Assembly (NCBI GenBank): GCA_963665815.1
Contig: OY762463.1
Span: forward strand, 2,784,001-2,848,000
DNA length: 64,000 nucleotides
Direction: 5' to 3'
Origin: Candidatus Cloacimonadales bacterium
GTDB taxonomy: Bacteria > Cloacimonadota > Cloacimonadia > Cloacimonadales > JAIOQZ01
The translations under genes were made by a program, and so were the position numbers. Shown in pieces: positions 28,147-37,302 of the stretch (position 1 is its first letter; every line of letters begins with the position of its first letter). A model generated the notes under the pieces. It worked only from the letters and a program-made list of their open reading frames with translations, ran no database searches and was not told the DNA's origin.

Positions 28147-29601
28147 CTATCTGCGCACTTTGGATAATAGTTTCTTTAATTCCTCAATATCGCTCTTTTT
28201 GACATAGTTTAACTTTAATAACAAAAGTATATAAACTATCAATATAGCAATATTCACCAAGATTCTGAACATCATTGATGTGTGCAGTAAATAGGGTATA
28301 GCACATAGAATTGACGAAAAACCTAACAAAAGCCATAACTTCTTAGTTTTATATGGGATTGCATACTGCTTTTGAGCATTAATGTAAATAATCAAAAACA
28401 GAATAATCTGAGAAATAAGAGTTGCAATTGCAGCCCCTATATTACTGAAGAATGGAATTAATGCGAAGTTCAGCCCAATATTTATGATAGAACTCACAAC
28501 AATTGCTGTTGCACTGATTGCCGGTTTTTTTACTATAAGTATCCCTGTTGTTGAAACCTTGGTCATAAAATCAAATACAATTGCCAGAAATAGAATAGGC
28601 AGAATGCTGTAAGCTGAATGATACTCTGGATTTCTGGATATAACCATTGTAATTTCTTTGCTGAACAACGCAAGCGGTAATACTATAGAAAGCACAAATA
28701 CTGTTCCATATGAAAAAATCTTTGAATAGAACTCCTTATTGTTTTTATCATTCATCATTTTCATTATCATGGGATTAATACCAAGCCAGATTGACATTAC
28801 AACAAGCGTTTTCAGGGCATTTCCGATTTTTGATCCAAAAGTATAAATACCAACATTATCAAGTTCTCCAAGATGTTTCAGAACAAATCTGTCCGCTGTT
28901 GTTAGCAATTGAAGTGATATTGCAGATAATACAAAAGGAGACTGAAATACTATCATTTCCCATAATGCTTTATATTCAATCTTGAATTCTATATTCCTCA
29001 ACATTATTACGCTGGTAACTACAAGATATATGAAGCATGCCAGAATTTGTGCATCATAAATACCTTCCAGTCCCCTTTTGGCAAATGCCAGGAAATAGAC
29101 TGTCAATACAACCTGAAATATAGCTTTAATTGTATTAGTTATTATAAACTGCTTAGGCTTTTCCAGGATTCTCAGCAACATCATTGGAAGTTTTCCAAGA
29201 ATGAATAACGCAATTACTATAAGAAGTTTCTTTATAAGAATTGAATATGCATCTGTATTAAAATACTTAACGGAAATAAAAGTTGTAGTATTCCAGAATA
29301 TAACTATAGTGAGAATACTGCATACAAACAAAAAAACAAGACAGGTGAATACTAAAGCTTTCTTTTTATCTTTAAATTTTTCATCCCAGTACCAACGTAA
29401 CAGAGCGTATTCAATCCCAAAACTGAAAACTGCCACGCTTATATTGAAAGCACTCTCAAACAGACCAAATATACCAAACTCTTCAGGGACAAGATGGTCT
29501 GAGTAAATGATCATCAATATGAATCCAACAGCCTTGGATATCACATTACCGAGACCATACACTACTGAATTTTTTGCTAGAGATTTAAATTGTTTTCTCA
29601 T
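28147..29601 (-). CDS. Wzx-type polysaccharide flippase
   Basis: LAKNSVVYGLG..EEFG, DRFVL..VGIY, NIGLNFALIP..IGAAIAT. Confidence 0.88.
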   Translation of the reverse strand: MRKQFKSLAKNSVVYGLGNVISKAVGFILMIIYSDHLVPEEFGIFGLFESAFNISVAVFSFGIEYALLRWYWDEKFKDKKKALVFTCLVFLFVCSILTIVIFWNTTTFISVKYFNTDAYSILIKKLLIVIALFILGKLPMMLLRILEKPKQFIITNTIKAIFQVVLTVYFLAFAKRGLEGIYDAQILACFIYLVVTSVIMLRNIEFKIEYKALWEMIVFQSPFVLSAISLQLLTTADRFVLKHLGELDNVGIYTFGSKIGNALKTLVVMSIWLGINPMIMKMMNDKNNKEFYSKIFSYGTVFVLSIVLPLALFSKEITMVISRNPEYHSAYSILPILFLAIVFDFMTKVSTTGILIVKKPAISATAIVVSSIINIGLNFALIPFFSNIGAAIATLISQIILFLIIYINAQKQYAIPYKTKKLWLLLGFSSILCAIPYLLHTSMMFRILVNIAILIVYILLLLKLNYVKKSDIEELKKLLSKVRR

Positions 29602-29607
29602 ATATGT

Positions 29608-31041
29608 TTAAAATGTATTTGCACCAAGTTTTTCGTAAAGAAGATACATTACTCTTTTGAAACATCTTGTATCCTCATATTTCGTATAGTCTGCCGTATA
29701 ATTATGATCTTGATTCATCCATAAATTACTGAAGTAATCTTCAACTTCAATAAACGTTTCCTGATTTCGCTTACCTTTAACAATCAGATTTGTTTCCAGG
29801 TTGTAATTTCCAATATTCCTTTTAGTATAATTTGCTGATCCGGCAATAGTTGTTGCGTTTCCCTGCTCATCATAGGAATACAGAATTTTTGTGTGAAATT
29901 GTTCACCATGTGTATCGTACCATTTTATTTCAATTTGGTTGTCAGACATAATTTTCAGTTCGTTAGCTACTTGTCTGTTTGGTACACCGGATTTTTGTCT
30001 GCCGAAAGCATCTTTACTAGGATCAAGGATCATCTTTATTTTTACTCCGCGTTTTGAGGCTTTGATGAGTTCCTTAACAACTTTTCTATCTGAAATATAG
30101 AACATGGCAATGTTCAGATTATCATTTTTTTTCAGAGATTTTATGGTTTTAATTATAGCTTTTCTAATTTCAATTTCAGTAATCAGATTAATCTCATAGT
30201 CAGTATCTTCAGTAACATCCTTATAATATTTATCCGGGACTTTCTGAAGACTACCTGATGAGAATCCGGCAACTGTCTGCTCACTCTGATAAATTGCTTT
30301 CCATATGCCTCCACGAACTTCAAGAGCAATATTGGAATGTGCTGAACTGCCATCATGTGGATTAGCCGAAGTTATAATGGAAGTCATTTCTCCGAAATTA
30401 TCTGCAATAAACACTTTTCTATGGTTTGCTTTAAAATTTAATAGATTAAAATATGTTCTGAAAGTCACTTTCGGTTCTTTTGAAGAAAATGGATGAGGTA
30501 GAAAACCTGAATTCTTTTTATTGCCGAACCATTGAATAAATGTACGCCAGATTGGAGAGTACAGGTAATTACTATCACGTAATTTGGACAGATCTGTAAC
30601 AATCAGGTTAATGCCTGATTTTTTTAAACTGTCACCAAGATGAAATGTGCCACCCTGATACGCACAATTTATCGGATCAGTTAATACATCAATTTTAATA
30701 TCCGGGATCTGCGTTTTCTTTTCTACAAGTTTGCCGGTGAGTTCTGAAGCTATGTTTCTGTATGCAGATTCTTCTCCACCGAGATAATCATTATAGAGAA
30801 ACATATCTATAAGGATGTATTCCTGTGCCTGATCTATTCTTACCAGTAATGTATCGAATATTTCCTGCTCCGATATTCTTTTATCATCAATTTTGTAAGT
30901 AAGATCATACATGAATTCAATACCATTTTCATCAACGGTGAATGTTTTACTGATAATTCCGGTTCCTTCAGGCATTTTCTGCATGAATGTACAACTAGCC
31001 AGTAAGATAATGATTGTTAAACTGAGGGCAATTCTGTTCAT
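29608..31041 (-). CDS. phospholipase D family lipoprotein
   Basis: Lipobox LASC; HRKVFIAD and HTKILYSYD..GSAN (two HKD-type motifs). Confidence 0.85.
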   Translation of the reverse strand: MNRIALSLTIIILLASCTFMQKMPEGTGIISKTFTVDENGIEFMYDLTYKIDDKRISEQEIFDTLLVRIDQAQEYILIDMFLYNDYLGGEESAYRNIASELTGKLVEKKTQIPDIKIDVLTDPINCAYQGGTFHLGDSLKKSGINLIVTDLSKLRDSNYLYSPIWRTFIQWFGNKKNSGFLPHPFSSKEPKVTFRTYFNLLNFKANHRKVFIADNFGEMTSIITSANPHDGSSAHSNIALEVRGGIWKAIYQSEQTVAGFSSGSLQKVPDKYYKDVTEDTDYEINLITEIEIRKAIIKTIKSLKKNDNLNIAMFYISDRKVVKELIKASKRGVKIKMILDPSKDAFGRQKSGVPNRQVANELKIMSDNQIEIKWYDTHGEQFHTKILYSYDEQGNATTIAGSANYTKRNIGNYNLETNLIVKGKRNQETFIEVEDYFSNLWMNQDHNYTADYTKYEDTRCFKRVMYLLYEKLGANTF

Positions 31042-31051
31042 ATTATACCTT

Positions 31052-31390
31052 TTATTTGATTATTTTGTTTTTCAAAGAGGTTTCATCATACCCCAGAACA
31101 AAATATTTACCATTTCTGATGATTGGAGTTTTCAATAACATCGGATCGTCAAGAAGTTCCTGTTCAATATTATGAACGATGTACTTGAGATTTCGTTTCT
31201 CATATTGTTTCCCGGTTTTATCAATAAGGTTCTCAAGTCCAAGAGCTGAGGATGCCTTCTTCAGTTCTCCCTTACTCATACCTTTTATATTAAGATCTAT
31301 GAAGTGAAAAGGAATCCTTCTCTCTTTCAGGAATCGTATAGCTTTAGCTGTGCTCTTACATTTCTTTGTTCCATATATTTGAATACTCAT
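31052..31390 (-). CDS. ArsC/Spx family protein
   Basis: IQIYGTKKCKST.KA.RF.KER, PMLLKTPI. Confidence 0.85.
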   Translation of the reverse strand: MSIQIYGTKKCKSTAKAIRFLKERRIPFHFIDLNIKGMSKGELKKASSALGLENLIDKTGKQYEKRNLKYIVHNIEQELLDDPMLLKTPIIRNGKYFVLGYDETSLKNKIIK

Positions 31391-31535
31391 AATTTCACCA
31401 TAACTAAAAATGGTGATTTAATAAAATTGTGCAACTATTAAATGATTATTTTAGAGAAGCATTTTTTTTGTAAGAATTTGATGAATTCTAAAATCGTGTC
31501 AACTGCCCCAATTAAGCAAAGGTCTCGCGAGAAAT

Positions 31536-31566
31536 AAAAAAAACACCTGCCGGAGAAGCAGGTGTT
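31536..31566 (-). terminator. intrinsic terminator
   Basis: AACACCTGC/GCAGGTGTT stem with an A tract on +. Confidence 0.8.
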
Positions 31567-31617
31567 AAGTTTGGAGAAATTTATTACTTTTGAAAAGAAC
31601 TCATCACATAATATAAT

Positions 31618-32361
31618 CTATTTTAGATGTTTAGCTAAATATTCTTCTGAAATTTTCTTGATATCTATTTTTTCCAAGCCTTGATTAAGGATCTCACGCA
31701 TTTTTTTACCTTCTTCAGTTTTCTTAAAACAGACATAAAATCTTTTCAGCTCAAGAATTTTCTTGTTAAACTGCAACTCTGCCTTTCTCGCTTTTATTTG
31801 CTTGTCCTGCATAATTAGAAAATTCATAACATTTTCATCAATAACAGCAATTGGTATTCTCTTATTCAATACTTTCCTGATGTTAGTCAAATCATCATTG
31901 GCAGCATCAGCTTTAATTTCATTTTTGGAAACCATTTCATCGAATCTTTTTTCATTAACATAACCACTTACAGTCCCTACTCTATATTGCTTCAAATCAT
32001 TTATACTGTTCCATTGAATCGGACTGTCAGTCCTTTCAATAAAACCAAGTTTACCGGAACCAATTGGATTTGAAAAATAAAAATCTGATTCTAGATCCTG
32101 GGAGTAATATTCCGGAAAATAACCGAAATATTCTGAATTGGTTTTAGCAAAATGAACTGCTCTGTTCCATGGATAGAAATCCGTGCTGAATTCATAGCCC
32201 ATCTGTTCAAAGGCTTTTTTTACAATTAGAGTTGTTAATCCTTGCTCTGTCATAGAGTCGCTTGTATAAGGCGGCCATTCCAGAGTTGTTAGTTTTACAG
32301 TATTCTGAGCAAAAATATTGAAACTGAAAAGGAAGATAATTATAACCCATATCGTTTTCAT
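31618..32361 (-). CDS. periplasmic substrate-binding protein (SBP family 3-like), orphan
   Basis: Signal peptide; EWPPY..G...IV..AF, YPWNRA, VGTVSGY. Confidence 0.8.
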   Translation of the reverse strand: MKTIWVIIIFLFSFNIFAQNTVKLTTLEWPPYTSDSMTEQGLTTLIVKKAFEQMGYEFSTDFYPWNRAVHFAKTNSEYFGYFPEYYSQDLESDFYFSNPIGSGKLGFIERTDSPIQWNSINDLKQYRVGTVSGYVNEKRFDEMVSKNEIKADAANDDLTNIRKVLNKRIPIAVIDENVMNFLIMQDKQIKARKAELQFNKKILELKRFYVCFKKTEEGKKMREILNQGLEKIDIKKISEEYLAKHLK

Positions 32362-32436
32362 AGAGAACTCCTTAAATTATTATGTATAACATAGATAATT
32401 TAAACTTAACCTGTAGAAAACAAAATTGATTTTAAA

Positions 32437-33258
32437 TTATCTGATAATCAATATTTTATTAAGTCTGATGTGGGATCCTGTTAGGAGTCTGCATAGATAT
32501 ACTCCTGAGGCATTATTGTCAGGGTACCATGAAATCATATTACTTCCTTTGGGAAATACCTTCTGCTTGAGCGTTTTTACCTTTTGACCTTTAAGATTAT
32601 ATATATCAATTCTGGTAAATCTACTTTCAGGAAGAGAGAAAAAAATATTTACAGCACCATCAGATTGTAATCCTGAGCAATAAATCCGGATATCAGCATC
32701 TGATAGTTCTACATCCGAAGTACTTGATGAGGGTTGAGTTATCAGATTTAATGTGTGAGTCCAGCTATGATCCTCACCGCTTACAAACCAATTGTAATTA
32801 CTGATAGTTTCAGAACCATACCAGGGATCCATTGCATAGAGCAAATTACCGTCTAAACCTTTACCGGTAACAAAGTGACCACCTCCGGAATCCCATCCCC
32901 ATCGTATTACAAATGGTCTACCAGTTGTAATCAGATTGCCGACTTCGTCAATGCTCAGATATCTTTCAAAAGCCTGGGAATCAAGTTGTCCTAAATGTTG
33001 CAGAATATTATCTATCCCGTTTCTGGTTGGATTAGTCGTTTGCCCATACAGCCAGTTCCATGTGTTAATCCCATCTGTACCATAGGCAGCAATCTGAGTC
33101 TGGGTCAGAGATATTCCATAGTAACTGAAAATTGCCTGTGAACATCCTGCCCAGCACCATTGATCCTGCTCCTGCTGGACATTCGGAATGTTCAGTATAA
33201 CTGCAAATAAAGGAAAAGACAGCAAAAATAAACATAGAAAAACTGTTAATTTTCTCAT
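32437..33258 (-). CDS. secreted papain-like (C39/C70/C47-like) cysteine protease with T9SS-type C-terminal domain
   Basis: Signal peptide; QEQDQWCWA (Gln/Cys), GGHFV (His), MDPW (Asp); tail IYNLKGQKV..ASGVYLC..KILIIR. Confidence 0.8.
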   Translation of the reverse strand: MRKLTVFLCLFLLSFPLFAVILNIPNVQQEQDQWCWAGCSQAIFSYYGISLTQTQIAAYGTDGINTWNWLYGQTTNPTRNGIDNILQHLGQLDSQAFERYLSIDEVGNLITTGRPFVIRWGWDSGGGHFVTGKGLDGNLLYAMDPWYGSETISNYNWFVSGEDHSWTHTLNLITQPSSSTSDVELSDADIRIYCSGLQSDGAVNIFFSLPESRFTRIDIYNLKGQKVKTLKQKVFPKGSNMISWYPDNNASGVYLCRLLTGSHIRLNKILIIR

Positions 33259-33887
33259 CTATCTCTCTCCTTTTCCTGTCCAATAGCATCAGTACAGTAT
33301 CTTTCAATTTCAGAAATTGTTTCGTTTATATTTTGGTGTGTAAATGTAAGTTTCTGCTTTGAAACATCTTCAGGCTTTAACAAAGTAACACTGTCCGGAG
33401 TAAATGATGAGTGTATATACACAGTTCCGGTAAGTCTGAGCTGATATAACTCAACATCCTGAATATCATCATTGGAATTCTTCAGATATTCAGAAACAGA
33501 TAAGGCAAGTGCTCTATATCCTATACTTACTGCCTGATATTTACCGTTAAATCTATCGATTAGCAATAAACAACATATATTTCCATTTACTAATACCGGA
33601 ACATACCACAATAATGTTTTTTCTGAAATTGATGTGAAGCTTGAGTTATTGTCAGCATAGAGAACTTTATGAGGATTAATTACTGCAATCTGAAAAGGAG
33701 TACCGAGTCTGGCATCGTAAATCTGAACTCCTGACTGAAATCCATAACTCTGAATGTTAATTTCGGGAATTGCTTCCAGATACATCATTAAATCTCTATT
33801 TGCAGCACCTAGAATTTCTTTGTAGTCATTACACCATATATGCAAAAGAAAGAATACAAGAATAACTGAAAAAAATATACGTTTCAT
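33255..33887 (-). CDS. exported hypothetical protein, staphopain-prodomain-like
   Basis: Signal peptide; AANRDLMMYL..LGTPFQI..WYVPVLVNGNI..KY pattern recalls the staphopain pro-region; stop overlaps protease ATG. Confidence 0.55.
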   Translation of the reverse strand: MKRIFFSVILVFFLLHIWCNDYKEILGAANRDLMMYLEAIPEINIQSYGFQSGVQIYDARLGTPFQIAVINPHKVLYADNNSSFTSISEKTLLWYVPVLVNGNICCLLLIDRFNGKYQAVSIGYRALALSVSEYLKNSNDDIQDVELYQLRLTGTVYIHSSFTPDSVTLLKPEDVSKQKLTFTHQNINETISEIERYCTDAIGQEKERDR

Positions 33888-34069
33888 TGTCGCTCCTGCT
33901 CACAACATCATAAATTTTCTGTTTTCATCAGAAAAGTCTTTGTTTAATAAAAACATTTCATCAGGAATAATTTGTAAAGTAATTTATTAATTTGTAACCT
34001 GCATTTATTATGTTATCTTATAAGAAAACAAAATGAAACTTTACTTAATCTTAATATAAGAGCTAATGT

Positions 34070-35242
34070 ATGGAATATAAAGTAAAACAGATGAGCAATT
34101 TAAGGAGATTTATTATTCCTGAAGTCGTGTTTGGGCAGGGATCCAGATTTCTTACAGGAAAATTCTGTTCGAATTTCGATGTTAATAAAGTCCTCATTGT
34201 AACAGATAAAGGAATCATTGATAAATTCTGGTTTAAGGAAATTTGCAGCAGTATTGAAGATTCTGATATTCAGTTCACGGTTTTCTCAGATGTTTTTCCT
34301 AATCCAAGAGATTTTCAGGTAATGAATGGTGTAAAAGCTTATAATGAAAATAAGTGTGAAGCAATTGTTGCTGTAGGGGGTGGCAGTCCAATGGACTGTG
34401 CAAAGGGAATTGGGATAGTTGCCATGAACCAGGGGCACATTCTCGACTATGAAGGTGTGAACCAGATTGAAAAGCCTTTGCCTCCTATGATATTTATCCC
34501 ATCAACAGCAGGAACATCATCAGATGTTTCTCAATTTACTATTATAAGCGACACAACAAGAAAGGTAAAAATAGCAATAATAAGTAAGATAATTATTCCG
34601 GACGTAGCTTTGATAGATCCAGAAACAACTGAAACAAAGGGTAGATTTCTTACAGCTTGTACAGGAATGGACGCTCTTGTACATGCAATGGAAGCTTATG
34701 TGTCAATTGCTAACTCAAAGCTTACTGATGTTCACGCTCTCGAAGCAATAAAGTACATATTCAGAGATCTCCCAGAATTGCTGAAAAATCCAGATAATAA
34801 GCAGTTAAGAGAAAAAATAATGTATGCCAGTATGGAAGCCGGATTTGCTTTTTCCAATGCTATACTTGGTGCTGTTCATGCAATGGCTCATAGTCTTGGG
34901 GGGTTAATGGATCTTCCGCATGGTCTTTGTAATTCTTTGTTGCTGGAACATGTTATTGGTGCTAATTATGTTGCTGTACCAAATAGGTACAAAACTATTG
35001 CATCTGAGATTGGGGTGGATTATGTTGGGAAAGATCGAGAGTATCCTAAACAGAAGCTTATTGAAAAAACAATTGATTTAAGAATATCTGTGGGTATTGA
35101 TACGAATCTTTCTAAGGTGGGAGTAAATGAGGAGCTGATTCCTAGACTGGCAGAGTTTGCCCATAATGATGCCTGTCTGTTAACAAATCCTCGTAAATTG
35201 ACTGTGGAAGAATTAGGAGAATTATATGTCCAGGCTCTCTGA
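34070..35242 (+). CDS. ercA: iron-containing alcohol dehydrogenase, ErcA-like regulatory type
   Basis: GGGSPMD, TAGTSSDVSQF, DALVHAMEAY, HAMAH, HGLCN; overlaps a kinase with an ErcS-type N-terminus. Confidence 0.8.
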   Translation: MEYKVKQMSNLRRFIIPEVVFGQGSRFLTGKFCSNFDVNKVLIVTDKGIIDKFWFKEICSSIEDSDIQFTVFSDVFPNPRDFQVMNGVKAYNENKCEAIVAVGGGSPMDCAKGIGIVAMNQGHILDYEGVNQIEKPLPPMIFIPSTAGTSSDVSQFTIISDTTRKVKIAIISKIIIPDVALIDPETTETKGRFLTACTGMDALVHAMEAYVSIANSKLTDVHALEAIKYIFRDLPELLKNPDNKQLREKIMYASMEAGFAFSNAILGAVHAMAHSLGGLMDLPHGLCNSLLLEHVIGANYVAVPNRYKTIASEIGVDYVGKDREYPKQKLIEKTIDLRISVGIDTNLSKVGVNEELIPRLAEFAHNDACLLTNPRKLTVEELGELYVQAL

Positions 35243-36845
35243 TGCAGATAATGCCGTAATAATGGAAATAATGGGGCTTGGTTCCAAATCTGTACAAAAA
35301 AGCTATTATCCCCAACTCAGGCAAAAGTTGATTGAGTTTGAAAAGGAGAAAGAACGATACAGAACTATAATATCTGCATTAAGTGATATGATATTTGTGA
35401 TGGATGAAAATAATCGTCTGTTAGAATACTATGGATCTGGAGTTGTAGATCTTTTATCAACTGATGACCTTGAAAATAAAAGAGCAGAGGATGTAGCTGA
35501 TTTCCCCTGGTTGACTGAATATAATAAAGCATTAAATTACGTAAGAGAAACAGGACAGACATATCACATGAGTCTTGTACGGAATATCAAGGGTGATAAA
35601 TGGTTTTCTGCTGATTTTAATCTACATGAAAACAAAAAGTATGTAGTAATATCCGTAAGAGATGTTACCGAAATCAGGAATACAAGAATAGAATTGGAGA
35701 AAACGAAGAACTATATTGATGATATACTGAATTCCATGCCTTTTATGCTGATAGGTGTTGACTGGGATTTAAATGTAACACAATGGAATAAAAGCGCTGT
35801 ATCACAAACAGGAGTTTCTGTAGAGAATGCAAAAGGAAAATCAATATCCAAATTACTTCCGTTGACGAATTCTATAATTGAAACAATCAATGACAGTTTG
35901 GAAAAATCTGAGGTGAGATTGCTCTCAGGGCAGAAGAGGTATCAAGATACAAAGCTTATCTATGAAGATATTACAATATATCCTTTAACAGATAGTGTGT
36001 CCTCCGGAGCTGTAATTTTGATTGAGAATGTAAGTGAATTTATTAAACTTCAGAAGGCAATGCTTCAGTCGGAGAAGATGATGACTGTTGGAGGGCTTGC
36101 TGCAGGAATGGCTCATGAAATAAATAATCCTCTGGCAGGAATAATTCAAAATGCAGAAGTTCTGAAGAACAGACTGTTTGGAGATTCAAATGCGAATTCG
36201 CGTAAAGCCGAATCTATAGGAGTAGATTTTAATCTTGTTAGAGAATACTTGAAACAGAGAAGAATCGATTATTTACTTGAAAACATTGTGAAATCCGGTT
36301 TGCATGCAGCGGCAATTGTAAAAAATATGCTTTCATTTGCTCGAGAAAACAGTGTAATGCAGGAAAAATGCTCGGTCAGAAAAGTTCTTGATAACACGAT
36401 TGAATTAGCTCGCAGTGATTATAATCTGAAAAAGAAGTTCGATTTCAAGAAGATTAAGATAACAAAGAACTATCAGGATCAGGAAGTCTTATTAAGATGT
36501 GATGCTTCCAAGATACAGCAGGTTTTTCTCAATATTCTCAGAAACGGTGCAGAGGCAATGAATTACGTTAAGAGCGTAGACTATACTCCTGAGTTTAAAC
36601 TGGATATTTTCTCCAGAGATAATATGCTATATGTAGAGATAACAGACAATGGTCCCGGAATTGATGATGAAACCATGAAAAATATTTTCAATCCCTTCTT
36701 TACAACAAAAGACGTTGATAAGGGAACAGGTCTGGGATTGTCGATCTCTTTCTTCATAATCAAACAACTTCATAATGGAAATCTCTGGGCTGAATCATTA
36801 CTTGGAGAATGGACAAAATTTATAATTGAGTTGCCAATAGAATAA
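35226..36845 (+). CDS. cytoplasmic PAS-PAS histidine kinase (ErcS-like)
   Basis: MGLGSKSVQKSYYPQL N-terminus; AHEINNPL H-box; N, DNGPGI, FFTTK, GTGLGL boxes. Confidence 0.88.
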   Translation: MSRLSDADNAVIMEIMGLGSKSVQKSYYPQLRQKLIEFEKEKERYRTIISALSDMIFVMDENNRLLEYYGSGVVDLLSTDDLENKRAEDVADFPWLTEYNKALNYVRETGQTYHMSLVRNIKGDKWFSADFNLHENKKYVVISVRDVTEIRNTRIELEKTKNYIDDILNSMPFMLIGVDWDLNVTQWNKSAVSQTGVSVENAKGKSISKLLPLTNSIIETINDSLEKSEVRLLSGQKRYQDTKLIYEDITIYPLTDSVSSGAVILIENVSEFIKLQKAMLQSEKMMTVGGLAAGMAHEINNPLAGIIQNAEVLKNRLFGDSNANSRKAESIGVDFNLVREYLKQRRIDYLLENIVKSGLHAAAIVKNMLSFARENSVMQEKCSVRKVLDNTIELARSDYNLKKKFDFKKIKITKNYQDQEVLLRCDASKIQQVFLNILRNGAEAMNYVKSVDYTPEFKLDIFSRDNMLYVEITDNGPGIDDETMKNIFNPFFTTKDVDKGTGLGLSISFFIIKQLHNGNLWAESLLGEWTKFIIELPIE

Positions 36846-36846
36846 G

Positions 36847-37290
36847 CTATAGTTTTACTATTGTAATACCTTTGTTAGACTTGTTAAAATCTTTATCCTT
36901 ACTCAGTGAGGGTAATCTTCGCAATAATAACTTACTTTTTCCTGAATCAGAATCAAAATATTCACCTTCCACAAAAAAATCTATAATACCATTATTTCTA
37001 AGCCTGTTCAGTACATCTCTCAGGCAGTATCTCAATTCTCCACCAACTCCTGATGATCCATAACCGTGTATCACTTTAACGCAACTGTATCCATCTTTAC
37101 TAAGTTTTATCAAGCTGTTTCTGAGCTTTCTGTCAGCCTCTTCACATGTTGGCATGTTTCTTTTCACATTAAGTACATATAAACCCTTTCTGCTCTGCTT
37201 AGAAGAAGCTCCTTTTAATTTCTGCTGGCAAAAAGGACATGTTGATGTGCTTGCTGACACTTCATTTCCACATATACTGCATAATGGCAT
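36847..37290 (-). CDS. zinc-ribbon + Smr domain protein
   Basis: CSIC..CPFC; KVIHGYGSSG.GG.LR; N.GITIV. Confidence 0.8.
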   Translation of the reverse strand: MPLCSICGNEVSASTSTCPFCQQKLKGASSKQSRKGLYVLNVKRNMPTCEEADRKLRNSLIKLSKDGYSCVKVIHGYGSSGVGGELRYCLRDVLNRLRNNGIIDFFVEGEYFDSDSGKSKLLLRRLPSLSKDKDFNKSNKGITIVKL

Positions 37291-37302
37291 AGATTCTTAT
37301 CC

